A program made the position numbers and the translations under genes. From assembly GCA_017644105.1 (NCBI GenBank), contig JAEPMD010000028.1, positions 1 through 41,385 on the forward strand: a DNA stretch of 41,385 nt, in the 5' to 3' direction. This DNA comes from Rhizobiaceae bacterium (GTDB taxonomy: Bacteria; Pseudomonadota; Alphaproteobacteria; Rhizobiales; Rhizobiaceae). Below, piece after piece: positions 1 to 9,957 of the stretch (the stretch's first letter is position 1; each line of letters begins with the position of its first letter). The notes under the pieces are model-generated. The model was not told the origin of the DNA. It saw only the letters and a program-made list of their open reading frames with translations, and ran no database searches.

Positions 1-55
1 AATCGTGTGACCATGTTCTTTCTCCTTTGGTACATAATACGTAGTCAAAGAAGCG

Positions 56-520
56 GTGCAAAACCGTGACAAGTCCACATTGATCAGTGGTTTGTATCTT
101 TGCTGGCTTGGTTATCAAGCACTTCGGTTCAAATCATCCGCCCAGGGAGGGAGAAGTCCGTCATATTTCAAAAACCCACTGATACATGGATTAATTTTTG
201 GGTTAACCAATCCAAAGGCATATCCGGTTGCCGTCGCGACACTAAGTGCGCTCCTATCAACCACACTTCACGAGTTGCCCTGGACTATTTTTCCCTTGAT
301 ATTGTTGGTTACCTGCTTAGGGGGGGGTGTCGCCTATTTGGTTTTAATCGCTATTGTCGGCGCTCGCTTAATCATGCAGTCATATCAAAGACATGAAGTA
401 TCGATCGTCCGATTGAGTGGCCTCATATTTATCGGATTTGGTACGCATGCCGTTATCCATTCAGGACCATCACTCTTTGGAATTGAAAATAGTACTCGTT
501 CTGCGCCAGGCGCTATATAA
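56..520 (+). CDS. LysE/RhtB-family amino-acid exporter, C-terminal half only; probable gene remnant
   Basis: GTG-initiated 154-aa ORF. It carries the second-repeat LysE/RhtB motif (GLTNPKAYPVAVATLSALL) and several hydrophobic helices. The in-frame stop at 35-37 leaves no room for the roughly 70 N-terminal residues of a full-length (~205 aa) family member. Truncated or fragmentary. Confidence 0.4.
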   Translation: MQNRDKSTLISGLYLCWLGYQALRFKSSAQGGRSPSYFKNPLIHGLIFGLTNPKAYPVAVATLSALLSTTLHELPWTIFPLILLVTCLGGGVAYLVLIAIVGARLIMQSYQRHEVSIVRLSGLIFIGFGTHAVIHSGPSLFGIENSTRSAPGAI

Positions 521-622
521 TCATCACACATTATTAGGTTATCTCCTATTTTGGAACCTCCGCTCAGTTCAGCCAAAATACAAAGACATTCAAGTGGGCG
601 GTAGCGACATTGATAAATTGAA

Positions 623-964
623 TCAATCTGGCATCAACGATTCATAAAACTCATTGGAAAAGAGATTCTGCAAATGCGATGATATGGGATGTCTAACATT
701 CACCCTCAAATCTCGCTCTATCGGATTTACACCGTCTCTAAGCAAACGCCTTGCATCCGCCGCACGATCTCTGGCTTCAGAAATAGAGACATCTGGCCAA
801 GGCCCCAAACCCATTTCTCGTCGTTTACCAGCAATGTTCAATCGAACTATCCAGCTACCACGATCCTTTCTCCGTTTACAGAGCCAGAGCCGTTGACCGT
901 CGCAATATCGGCCAGCATCAGCATGTTTTGCACCAAGGGCCGTCAAAGCATTAAGCTGTGTCAT
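623..964 (-). pseudogene. P4-type tyrosine integrase, N-terminal arm-binding (DUF4102-like) fragment only
   Basis: 113-aa ORF LTALGAKHADAGRYCDGQRLWLCKRRKDRGSWIVRLNIAGKRREMGLGPWPDVSISEARDRAADARRLLRDGVNPIE aligns with the N-terminus of CP4-57/P4-like integrases (LTD..IKAAKP..Y.L.DG.GL.L...G.K.W.FRY...GK....LG.YP.VSL..AR....AR.LL..G.DP). It stops after ~113 aa and the catalytic domain is absent from all frames downstream. Confidence 0.7.
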
Positions 965-1189
965 AACCCAACTTTCTTTCTACCAAAATGTGCCTAAACC
1001 TATGATTAGCTATAATTTGGTGTATTCAGGCTAATGTCAATAAGCAAAACATAATCAATTACTTAAGAGATTATATGATCAACTATGAGAAGCCCAAAAT
1101 TTGCCTCCCGGGTGCGCCATTTTTCTCATCTAAACATTTCTGAAACCGCTGATATAGCGCGCCATATTGATTTCACAATCTTCGGCTAG

Positions 1190-1960
1190 TTGAAACATAT
1201 GTTGAAAATAGCTGCACATACGACCCGGCTGAGTTTTAAAGTCCTCCTTGTGCTCTTTGTGGTCTTTATCCTGCCAGCATTGGCGCATTTGGGCGTTTGG
1301 GCGTTAAGCGATCGCCCATCAAGTTGGCGCAGTGCTCAATGGACAAGCGCGGGGATCCTGCCGCGTAATCCTTCCAAAAATGAGGCGGCCGTTTATGTAT
1401 TTAATGCGCGCACTGGAGGGCTCAAAGGTGCCGTTGCCACCCATTCCTGGCTCGTTTTAAAACCACATGGTGCAAATTACTACGACCGATATGACGTCGT
1501 TGGATGGGGCACCCCATTGCGCAAAAACGCCTATGATGCCGATGGTCATTGGTATTCGAATAAACCAGTGATCAGTCATCAAATCACCGGCGAACAAGCG
1601 ATTAAAACCATCCCGCATCTCGAAAAAGCTATTGCTAATTATCGCTGGCGTGATCGCGGGGATTATACGCTTTGGCCAGGTCCAAATTCCAATACATTTG
1701 TTGCATCGATCCTGTCGCAATTTCCTGAACTTTCAGCCAATGCACCCAGCACCGCGGTGGGTCGAGATTTCCCAGTTGATGGTAAATGGGTTGGGCGCCG
1801 AAAAGATGGTGCATTTTATGCAACAGCAGGTGGTTATTTTGGATTTGAAATCGGTGGCGACGTTGGATTTGAAATAAACTTCTTAGGTTTGGTCGCCGGA
1901 CTTAACCCCACAAAAGGCGAGTTGATCATTCCCGCGTTTGGGGCTGTGAGCTGGCGTTAG
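1190..1960 (+). CDS. DUF3750-family membrane-anchored protein
   Basis: 256 aa with one N-terminal TM helix. It contains the two family motifs WAL (GVWALSDRP) and HSW (ATHSWLVLKP). Length is in the 252-273 aa family range. Confidence 0.7.
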   Translation: MKHMLKIAAHTTRLSFKVLLVLFVVFILPALAHLGVWALSDRPSSWRSAQWTSAGILPRNPSKNEAAVYVFNARTGGLKGAVATHSWLVLKPHGANYYDRYDVVGWGTPLRKNAYDADGHWYSNKPVISHQITGEQAIKTIPHLEKAIANYRWRDRGDYTLWPGPNSNTFVASILSQFPELSANAPSTAVGRDFPVDGKWVGRRKDGAFYATAGGYFGFEIGGDVGFEINFLGLVAGLNPTKGELIIPAFGAVSWR

Positions 1961-1975
1961 AAAAGCCGAGCTCAT

Positions 1976-3058
1976 TTATTGCAAACGACCAATGTGATTA
2001 TCCCAATTCACATCATGATTTCTGTTGCCAAATCGACCTCTTTCACTGCTGGCGATAAAGCTCTTTTGTGATGGAGATAGACCACATACACCACTGGTAA
2101 AATGGGATTTTACAACGTTGCCACTTTGACTATCGAGGATCAAAACTTGCCCACCTTTTGGAGAAGATAAGGCAACAAGACCCTCTTTATCATTGATCGT
2201 TACTGATCCGATATAATTTTTGAAACAGACATTATGTTTGCTTGGAAGATCTATGAACTGCAAAGATGTTCTCATTGATACCTTGGCCACAAGCGGTGCT
2301 TGATCAAAGGCGCTCCCTTCATATTGCCCACCAATCCAGACAATGCCTTTTTGATCGGTTGCCATGTGGCGCAGGGATAAGAGTGACCAATTGTCGGGTA
2401 ATTGATGCACCTCTATAACGCTGCCTGAATATGCATCGATGAAAACGATGCTGGAGCGCATGCTATCAAGATTAAGTTTCGTGCGTGGAAATTGTGGATG
2501 GGTTTTGATACCGCCATTTGCAACGCAAAGTGTTTTTCCGCCAGGCATCATGATGATCTCATGAGGACCAATGCCAGCAGAGTTGAACTCACCGATCCGC
2601 ACAAAATTACTATGAGCGTCATAAATGCCAATTTTTCCCACACCATTCTCAAAGTCATTTTCAGATGCGTAAAGCAATCTACCATCCGTTGAAAAAGCAC
2701 CGTGACCATAGAAATGACGATCAGCTGGCGTTGAAAAAAGTACGGGCTTTAGATGTGTCTTGGGATCAAATGCCAGCGCGAAATTTTCTGGTCGTCTTGC
2801 AAAAATAATTGCCCAGTTTGAATTTTGATTGGCAGCTATGCCGTGACCGCGCGCGGGGAGCGGGTAGGACTGGATCAACTCGCCATCCTCGCTGAGCAAT
2901 GCCAAGCCAAAATTTCCATCTGGACTTTTAAAACCTGATGCGAAGACCGCATCTTGGTTTCTCAGCTTTGCAAATGCCGGTTTTGCCAAAAGAGAAGCGC
3001 TCAGGCTAGCGCCAGCACCGAGCAAAAATGCGCGCCGATCAAGTTCGAGCTTGTTCAA
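1976..3058 (-). CDS. DUF1513-family periplasmic protein (Tat signal), 4th gene of the imelysin operon
   Basis: 360 aa. Twin-arginine signal DRRAFLLGAGASLSASLLAKPAFA. Length and context are typical of DUF1513. A 4-nt ATGA overlap with the upstream gene indicates translational coupling. Confidence 0.8.
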   Translation of the reverse strand: MNKLELDRRAFLLGAGASLSASLLAKPAFAKLRNQDAVFASGFKSPDGNFGLALLSEDGELIQSYPLPARGHGIAANQNSNWAIIFARRPENFALAFDPKTHLKPVLFSTPADRHFYGHGAFSTDGRLLYASENDFENGVGKIGIYDAHSNFVRIGEFNSAGIGPHEIIMMPGGKTLCVANGGIKTHPQFPRTKLNLDSMRSSIVFIDAYSGSVIEVHQLPDNWSLLSLRHMATDQKGIVWIGGQYEGSAFDQAPLVAKVSMRTSLQFIDLPSKHNVCFKNYIGSVTINDKEGLVALSSPKGGQVLILDSQSGNVVKSHFTSGVCGLSPSQKSFIASSERGRFGNRNHDVNWDNHIGRLQ

Positions 3059-4128
3059 TCGCCATCTCCAAATGAGAAGCCCGCTGATAAACCAAGCTGT
3101 TGCGACATATCATTATCGAGACGTGACATTGCATAACCAACGGAGAGCTTTAGATACTCCATTTGCTTACGATCACTTTCTGAGGTGAGAATCCCAGCAA
3201 TCGGTTTTTGAAGCGAATTTAAAGTTCTGATCGCCTGATGAAATTCAAATCGAGTGCTATCACCCAAACTGTTATTTTCCTCCGGCAGCAAGGTTTCAAT
3301 TGCACTCACATTGAACAATTCAAGAAGACCTTCTAGCCCTTTAGTGATCATCGCTGCGGTGTTTTCAGACCGCCACATAAGAGCCGATTTTGGTCGATCA
3401 AACTTGGCTTCTTCTTTCAAAAAAGCCCCAATGCGTACATCGCGGATCGCTTCTAACCCGTGAATCATGGTGCCCATCAAGACGTTTAATGCTTCCTGGT
3501 CATTTCGAAAAAGCGGGTTTTCAGCACTGGGATTAAGCCAATAATTGCTCGCGATGCTCTCAGAAATCCAAGTGTCCGACAGCGTTTTTGTTATCTCGAC
3601 CATGTTTTGCGTTATGGCTTTTGCAAATGAGCAGCGAAAGGAACTTTCGTCGGTTTGTAATGTCTCAGACCCGGTTCCAAAAAGAACAAATTCCAGCGCA
3701 CCTAAGCCCTGAACTGCGACGCTTTTTTGGGTGATACTTTTGAGACTTGTCACGGTTTGATCTTGTAGCGCGAGCGCGCGTTGAACTTGCTTCAAACCAG
3801 TTGATTTTCGATCAGGGTAAAACAAAATGCGTTCTATTCGATTTTTGGAAATAACAGGTCCAATGCGAAACCATTCAATCTTTGCCCACGAATGGGTGAA
3901 ACTTAGAAAAGACGCCTGCACGACGCCTAAATTGCTGGCAGAAGGTTTGTTGCACAAGTGTTCGGTTTCTGAAGCCAATTTTTGCGCATGTCTATGAAGG
4001 TCTAAATAGCGCGGCTGGATATATTCTATCAGTACATTTGAGAGTACTTTTTTCGTGGCTTCGTCGCTTTGCGCTTGGGATGGCACAAGGCTTAAGAATA
4101 ATAGTATCAAAATTATCGTAATGCGCAT
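3055..4128 (-). CDS. imelysin-like (peptidase M75 family) lipoprotein/periplasmic protein, 3rd gene of operon
   Basis: 357 aa with signal peptide MRITIILILLFLSLVPSQAQ. It has the long helical architecture of the shorter imelysin-like paralogue that follows the di-haem gene in this conserved cluster. Its start overlaps the upstream stop by 1 nt. Confidence 0.7.
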   Translation of the reverse strand: MRITIILILLFLSLVPSQAQSDEATKKVLSNVLIEYIQPRYLDLHRHAQKLASETEHLCNKPSASNLGVVQASFLSFTHSWAKIEWFRIGPVISKNRIERILFYPDRKSTGLKQVQRALALQDQTVTSLKSITQKSVAVQGLGALEFVLFGTGSETLQTDESSFRCSFAKAITQNMVEITKTLSDTWISESIASNYWLNPSAENPLFRNDQEALNVLMGTMIHGLEAIRDVRIGAFLKEEAKFDRPKSALMWRSENTAAMITKGLEGLLELFNVSAIETLLPEENNSLGDSTRFEFHQAIRTLNSLQKPIAGILTSESDRKQMEYLKLSVGYAMSRLDNDMSQQLGLSAGFSFGDGD

Positions 4129-5666
4129 TAGAGACTTTCCAAGAATTTGATAATTGCGTCACGCTCAGTTTTTTCCATACGCGCAAATACATCGCGAGAC
4201 GCTTGCGCTTCACCGCCATGCCATAAAATGGCTTCCGTGAGATTTCGTGCCCGCCCATCATGCAAAAAGAACGTATGACCACTGACGGATTCAGTTAACC
4301 CAATTCCCCATAAAGGTGGTGTACGCCATTCTCGACCAGAGGCTGCGCCCACCGGCTGGTTGTCAGCTAAACCTTCACCCATATCGTGGAGCAAGAAGTC
4401 TGAATATGGCCATATGAGCTGAAACTTCTGCGCCTTATTATTTGCTTTTCGGCTTGTGACAAATTTCGGGGTGTGGCAGGCAATACAGCCTGACTTATAA
4501 AACAGCTCCTTGCCATGTAAGACCTGCGCATCGTCCACGTTTCGTCGTTGGGGAACAGCTAGATTTTCAGAATAGAATGTTACCAGCTCCAAGACAGGGT
4601 CCGGCGCCTCACTATCACCCAATCTTGGTTGAACACCCGTGGGAAAAGCAAGGCAAGCAGCTTGCATTTCTGTGCAATCACCATACGGAGATTTTGCAAG
4701 CGGCGAAGATATCCCGATATCACCAGAAAACGCGCCTGCGCTTTGACCTCTGACCGTTGGGTTTTGCGCCTTCCAACCAAATCGCCCAAGCTCTAAATAT
4801 CCTGTTAGGGGATTATACTTATATTGTGGTTGACCTGAAATGCCGTCACCATCTTTGTCATCAGGATCTGCCAGCGCCAATATGTCTGATGAATGAATGG
4901 CTTCAATTAAACCAAGCCCTATCATTTGCGGCGTCACACGGGGAGACAAAGTGGTGGTTGAGTGCAGTTCACCAAAACCTAGATTTTCAACCCGATAAGT
5001 CGGCGCTCGTAGGGAAACGATGGTGCCATCGGCTAATGAAACAGGGGTTTCTTCATAAGAAATGATCATCTTGCCTTCTGCTGATAGTCCGGGAACAGCA
5101 AGATCCTGCAGCTGACCACCATAATTGGGATCGGGCAATGTTTGCACCACATAATTGGCAAGTGCTACGCGTTCAGCATCATTTACGGGTGCGCGCGCCA
5201 GCCTTAAAAACATCGAGGTTGCATCCGCATCCCCTTCTGGCGGATGACCGCGTCCATCTTTGATGTGGCAAGATTGGCAGGCACGTGCATTAAATAACGG
5301 CCCGAGGCCATCGGAAGCGTGCGTTGATGATGGCGACGATACCCAGAGTTTTCGAAAAAGCGCATTGCCAAGTTTGAAGTTCATTTCTTCTTCAAATGTG
5401 AGATTAGCGCTCGATTGTGAGAAAGCATCCTGATTGACCAGTTTGAGCGACGTGCCTGCACCACCCTGCATGGCTTCAAATCGTTCGGCTTTGGTAAAAT
5501 CTTCTGTGGGTTTTACGATTCTTTGGACGCGTTTGAGATCTTTAGAGACCAGATCATCTCGAACCTGCGGAATATTGTGATCTTTTGCCGGTGCAACAGA
5601 TGAAACCACACAGAGTGTTATGAGCAGTGCGATAATTTTTACTTGCACGATATTGCCCTCAAACAA
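4128..5666 (-). CDS. DUF1111 di-haem cytochrome c peroxidase-like 'thiol oxidoreductase'
   Basis: 512 aa with a signal peptide and two CxxCH haem-binding motifs (CQSCH near residue 130, CIACH near residue 391). This is the conserved second gene of the imelysin cluster. Confidence 0.85.
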   Translation of the reverse strand: MFEGNIVQVKIIALLITLCVVSSVAPAKDHNIPQVRDDLVSKDLKRVQRIVKPTEDFTKAERFEAMQGGAGTSLKLVNQDAFSQSSANLTFEEEMNFKLGNALFRKLWVSSPSSTHASDGLGPLFNARACQSCHIKDGRGHPPEGDADATSMFLRLARAPVNDAERVALANYVVQTLPDPNYGGQLQDLAVPGLSAEGKMIISYEETPVSLADGTIVSLRAPTYRVENLGFGELHSTTTLSPRVTPQMIGLGLIEAIHSSDILALADPDDKDGDGISGQPQYKYNPLTGYLELGRFGWKAQNPTVRGQSAGAFSGDIGISSPLAKSPYGDCTEMQAACLAFPTGVQPRLGDSEAPDPVLELVTFYSENLAVPQRRNVDDAQVLHGKELFYKSGCIACHTPKFVTSRKANNKAQKFQLIWPYSDFLLHDMGEGLADNQPVGAASGREWRTPPLWGIGLTESVSGHTFFLHDGRARNLTEAILWHGGEAQASRDVFARMEKTERDAIIKFLESL

Positions 5667-5711
5667 GTGCGCAAGCAGCGCTCAAAATTCTGAGACACTG
5701 CCTGCATTTAT

Positions 5712-5741
5712 TGGATAGAAACGCGGCAAATCAGACCGCGC
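5712..5741 (-). terminator. intercistronic stem-loop (CGCGG-N9-CCGCG) + U-run between imelysin and di-haem genes; possible attenuator
   Basis: Seen on the minus strand immediately after the imelysin stop: a 5-bp GC stem with a 9-nt loop followed by TTTCTAT. Weak. Confidence 0.35.
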
Positions 5742-5753
5742 TCATTCTAATTT

Positions 5754-7040
5754 TTATTGAAAAACCGCATTTGGATTGTCGAGGCTGTCAGAACCTTCCA
5801 GTTCAATCGCGCCAAGATCAAGAGCTGCAATCGCGCGCTCAATGGATTTTGTTTGTTTCACCAAGCCATCAATTGCCGCTTGTACAATTGCGTTGCCTTC
5901 GACGTTTCCTTCACCGATCATTTGATCATAAGCTTCACCAGCTTCAGCGCGCTTTGCCATAACCTGCATAGCGTCGACTGTCGCGGCCAGATCCGCCTCG
6001 AGCTCAGCTGCAACACTTACATCTTTGGCTTTGACCAGATCCATCAATGAAGCACCGGATACGATGCTGCCATCAATTCGCTTATAGGCGCCAAGATAAA
6101 CATTTTGGATACCCACAGCGTCATAAAGGTGAGAATTGTGGGTGTTGTCAGAAAAACAATCATGCTCTTCTTCAGGATCACCCAGCAAAAGGCCAAGCTT
6201 CATACGTTCACCAGCAAGTTCGCCGTAAGACAGCGAACCCATACCCGTTAAGATCGTTGATAGACTGCCAGATGTGCCAGCGTCTTCCAACGCCTTACGT
6301 GCGGCACCACCTGCAACCCAATTTGCTGCCATTTCTTCAAGATCTGAAATCATCAATTCAGACGCAGCCTTAAGATATTCGCGACGACGCTCGCATGAAC
6401 CATTTGTGCAATCGGTCAATGAGAAATCTGTGGCAGGTCGTTTGCCAGCACCTTGATCATTACCGTTTAAATCCTGACCCCAAAGCAGGAATTCGATCGC
6501 GTGATAACCCGTTGCAACATTCGCTTCGATACCCCCTGCTTCATGCAGAGTTTCAGATAAAAATGCAGGTGTAATAGCAGAAGCGTCAACATCATCACCG
6601 TTGATTTTGATTGAGGCATTGGAAATAACATTGGCTGTATAAAGTGTATTTTCATCGCTTTCGGTGCCATAAGACGCGTCGACATAATCGATGAGGCCTT
6701 CGTCAAGCGGCCAAGCATTAACTTTGCCTTCCCAATCATCAACAATTGCATTGCCAAAACGGTAAACTTCCGTCTGTTGATATGGCACACGAGAGGCGAG
6801 CCATGCACCTTTAGCAGCGGCGAGTGTGGTGTCCGTTGGCGCTGCTAGAAATGCGTCAATCGCTGCATCTAACGCCTTTGCCGTGATTAATGAATCTACA
6901 TATTTTGCTTCAGCAATATTAGCGTAATTTTCAATAACGGCTTCCGGCGTCACGTCCGACATGGCTGCTGCAAAATTGGTTGCGATGAGTGATGTGCTAC
7001 CCAAAAGGACAGCAAAAAGCATGGGTGATTTAACATTCAT
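5754..7040 (-). CDS. imelysin / iron-regulated protein A family (peptidase M75) periplasmic protein, 1st conserved gene of operon
   Basis: 428 aa with signal peptide MNVKSPMLFAVLLGSTSLIATNFAAA. It contains the imelysin HxxE motif (GYHAIEFLLWGQD). Confidence 0.8.
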   Translation of the reverse strand: MNVKSPMLFAVLLGSTSLIATNFAAAMSDVTPEAVIENYANIAEAKYVDSLITAKALDAAIDAFLAAPTDTTLAAAKGAWLASRVPYQQTEVYRFGNAIVDDWEGKVNAWPLDEGLIDYVDASYGTESDENTLYTANVISNASIKINGDDVDASAITPAFLSETLHEAGGIEANVATGYHAIEFLLWGQDLNGNDQGAGKRPATDFSLTDCTNGSCERRREYLKAASELMISDLEEMAANWVAGGAARKALEDAGTSGSLSTILTGMGSLSYGELAGERMKLGLLLGDPEEEHDCFSDNTHNSHLYDAVGIQNVYLGAYKRIDGSIVSGASLMDLVKAKDVSVAAELEADLAATVDAMQVMAKRAEAGEAYDQMIGEGNVEGNAIVQAAIDGLVKQTKSIERAIAALDLGAIELEGSDSLDNPNAVFQ

Positions 7041-7053
7041 AGGAGTAACCTTT

Positions 7054-7605
7054 CTAATGAAGTGTTTGATGAGATCTATTGTTTATGAATTGATGATTTG
7101 CGTGAATTTCTGCCAACACTGATGCGGGGATCGGTAGAAGCAGTGATCCAACTGATTTCAAGATCATCGCATATTCGCCAGCTGGTGCGATGACTTGAGA
7201 ACATTTCGCCCGGCAGGACAGAGCACTGACGCTTTCTTCCATGGCTTCGTCATCGCCATGTTGAATAGAAGCAATTAAGCCGAGCAGCATGCATTCATCG
7301 GAATTAAGATGATCAGAACCTGGCGCATGGCATTTTAATGGGCATGTGGCGCAATGGCCTAAATTACGAACCAGGTGACCCAGTGCATTTGCAGCAAGCT
7401 GACCATCATGCTTGCCCAGAACAGAGATAAACTTTCGCCGGCATCGATCCCAATGTGTATCCACTTGTGTCATGTAACCTGCGACCCAGTTTCGATATCC
7501 ATTGACCGTTAATCCTTCTGGTTCCCGTTCAAGATAAGCTTTTGCTGGACACGCATCATTGCTGCCATTTGATGTGAACATTTGATTTTCCGCAGGAGAG
7601 TTCAA
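7054..7605 (-). CDS. hypothetical Cys/His-rich cytoplasmic protein, co-transcribed upstream of the imelysin operon
   Basis: 183 aa with no signal peptide and 8 Cys, including HCATCPLKCH and CRAKC. Its stop lies 14 nt before the imelysin start. It matches no family I recognise. Confidence 0.5.
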   Translation of the reverse strand: MNSPAENQMFTSNGSNDACPAKAYLEREPEGLTVNGYRNWVAGYMTQVDTHWDRCRRKFISVLGKHDGQLAANALGHLVRNLGHCATCPLKCHAPGSDHLNSDECMLLGLIASIQHGDDEAMEESVSALSCRAKCSQVIAPAGEYAMILKSVGSLLLPIPASVLAEIHANHQFINNRSHQTLH

Positions 7606-7707
7606 TAAACTTGAGTATTTTTGTAGAGTATTATTAAACTGGAGTCAAACAGTATAGTTTATAATGTCTCTAAACTAGATTTAAGCTCAACAAAACCATG
7701 CGCTTAC

Positions 7708-8562
7708 GTGAAAATAAAAGTTAAACTTGCATACAGTGCCTCACTGCTCGCAGGATTGGCTGAATCGTTGGCCAAGCGTGGCTGGGATATGCATGTTGTG
7801 CAAGCTTCGCCTGCTGAGAACGAAGAAGATCTCATCCGGAGATTGATCTCCAGCCACAAAGTCAGTGGCGTAGTGTTGTCGCGTCCACACAAAAAGGATG
7901 CGCGCATTAAATTGCTGCAAGACGCAAAAATGCCATTTATCGTTCACGGGCGCTCTTTGGATTGCAGTGACTATGCCTGGTATGATGTTGATAGCAAATC
8001 AGCATTTGTTGAAGCAGTGGATCATCTGGTTGCCTTAGGTCATCATAGGATCGGATTTATCGGCGCACCAACCTATCACAATTTTGCCCAGACGCGTTTG
8101 GATGGCTATCGTGAAGCGATTGTTGCGAACGGCATTGAACTTGATAATGATCTTGTTCAAATCACCGAGCTGTCTGATGACGGTGGCGAACGCGTTGCGC
8201 ATGATCTGCTGGATCTTGAAAATCCACCAACCGCACTTTTATGCCTGACTGACACGCAAGCTTTTGGCGCATTAGCGGCGCTACATTCGCGTGGGTTAGA
8301 ACCAGGCAAACACGTGTCCGTTATTGGGTATGATGGCCTTCGGTTTGGAAGACACACCAATCCGCCATTGACCACAATGGCGCAACCTCAAGCACATTCG
8401 GGTCGTCAATTGGGAGACATGATCTTATCGATCATTGATGGCGATGATCCGAAAAAACACCAAGTTCTTCGTCGTGCCGAATTGGTGCGCCGAAAAAGCG
8501 ACGGTCCCGTTTGGACCGAGGTAAAAACTCAATCAATGAGTAAATGGGAGAGAGAAAAATGA
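7708..8562 (+). pseudogene. LacI-family regulator lacking the N-terminal HTH DNA-binding domain (ligand-binding domain only)
   Basis: The 284-aa ORF begins with a weak GTG directly in the periplasmic-binding-like domain (LLAGLAESLAKRGWDMHVVQ...GVVL). Only ~100 bp of AT-rich DNA separates it from the upstream gene, and no HTH is encoded in any frame. The in-frame upstream stretch has no ATG/GTG/TTG. The 3' end overlaps the solute-binding-protein start (ATGA). Confidence 0.55.
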
Positions 8563-9899
8563 AATCTTTGAAACTACTTGCCGCTGGCCTGATGCTATCG
8601 GCGTCTACTGTGAGCATGTCACTCGCTGACACGATCACAATGTGGACAATGGAGGAGCAGCCTGACCGTATGGAAGCTCAGGAAAGAATTGCTGCCGCAT
8701 TTAAGGCCAAAACTGGCCATGAGGTAAAAGTTGTTCCTGTGTCAGAAAAAGACATTGCTACACGTGCAACAGCTGCTTTTGGCGCTGGCGACCTGCCAGA
8801 TGTTCTTAATCACACAGTACAGCACTTACTTCCTTTTGCGTCAGCGGGCATGCTTGACAGCGGCGCAGCAACCGAAGTTGTTGAAAATCTAGGCATGGGT
8901 TCCTTTGCATCTGGTCCTGTGAACATGGCCAAATCTAATGGTGAAATCGTGTCTGTTCCAACAGATGGTTGGACACAACTGGTTGTTTATCGTGCAGATA
9001 AATTTGCAGAGATGGGTCTTAATCCTCCCAAGACTTTCGCGGATATCGAAGCTGCGATTGCAAAACTGCACAATCCACCGAACATGTATGGTTTTGTCGC
9101 TGCGACGAAAATCGATGAGACATATATGATGCAGCTTATTGAGCACATTTCATTGGCAGCTGGTTATTCTCCAGTGAATGCTGATGGCTCTATCAACGAA
9201 GACACATCAAAACTGAAAAATGTTTTGACCTTCTATAAGACAATTTCTGACGCATCACCGGAAGGTGACCTTTATTGGAAGCAATCTCGCGAGCTATATC
9301 TCGGCGGTAAAGCTGCCATGATCATTTGGTCACCATCTTTGCTCGATGAGCTTGGTGGTCTGCGTGATAGTGCACCAGTGACGATTAATGATGATCCAAC
9401 ATCTAAAGCATTGGCAAAAGATACTGGTTTTGTGACTGTGTTCTCTGGCCCAGGCAATGATGCGGGTGCTGCTTACGCAGATGTGCGTTATCTCGGTATT
9501 ACAAATGATGCCAACACCGAAGTTGCGCAAGAGTTTGTTGAGTTTGCACTTTCAGAAGGTTATGGCGATTGGCTCGGTATGGCACCTGAAGGTAAATTCC
9601 CGGTTCGTAAGGGTAGTGCAGCGGGCAATACCGATTATGAAGTCATGTGGTCTGGCCTGAATGTGGGTGTGGATCGTAAAGAGCCTTTGGGCAATATTTA
9701 TCCAAAAGCTGTGATTGACGATATTGTTGCTGGCCTATCTGTGGGCGATCGCTGGGGCGTGGCTGATGGTCAGCTCGAAACAGCGTCGAAACTTGTGAAT
9801 GCACGGGTCATGTCACAGGTTATCCGTAAATATATCGATGGTGAAATTGATCTCGATGCCGCAGCGAACGAAATCGTTGCCAAGCATAAAGAACTGTAA
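8559..9899 (+). CDS. ABC transporter extracellular solute-binding protein (family 1, carbohydrate type)
   Basis: Start moved to MKSLKLL, preceded by GGGAGAGAG. Signal peptide ending SLADT. Typical sugar solute-binding-protein length (~446 aa). Confidence 0.85.
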   Translation: MKSLKLLAAGLMLSASTVSMSLADTITMWTMEEQPDRMEAQERIAAAFKAKTGHEVKVVPVSEKDIATRATAAFGAGDLPDVLNHTVQHLLPFASAGMLDSGAATEVVENLGMGSFASGPVNMAKSNGEIVSVPTDGWTQLVVYRADKFAEMGLNPPKTFADIEAAIAKLHNPPNMYGFVAATKIDETYMMQLIEHISLAAGYSPVNADGSINEDTSKLKNVLTFYKTISDASPEGDLYWKQSRELYLGGKAAMIIWSPSLLDELGGLRDSAPVTINDDPTSKALAKDTGFVTVFSGPGNDAGAAYADVRYLGITNDANTEVAQEFVEFALSEGYGDWLGMAPEGKFPVRKGSAAGNTDYEVMWSGLNVGVDRKEPLGNIYPKAVIDDIVAGLSVGDRWGVADGQLETASKLVNARVMSQVIRKYIDGEIDLDAAANEIVAKHKEL

Positions 9900-9957
9900 T
9901 CCCATAACAGCACCGCGCCTTTGTGCGCGGTGCCCATTTTACTGACGGTAATTAAAA

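Noticed and set aside
100-1000. overlapping/antisense ORFs 100..396(+), 385..576(-), 417..647(+), 654..896(+), 689..997(+)
   Set aside because: These are shadow ORFs overlapping the LysE fragment and the integrase remnant, with no family resemblance.
7606-7707. possible HTH-encoding remnant (ATG at 7698: MRLRENKS*) for the LacI gene, and a Fur box for the imelysin operon
   Set aside because: The 8-codon ORF is far too short and not HTH-like. No 19-bp Fur-box-like dyad is visible. Region left unannotated.
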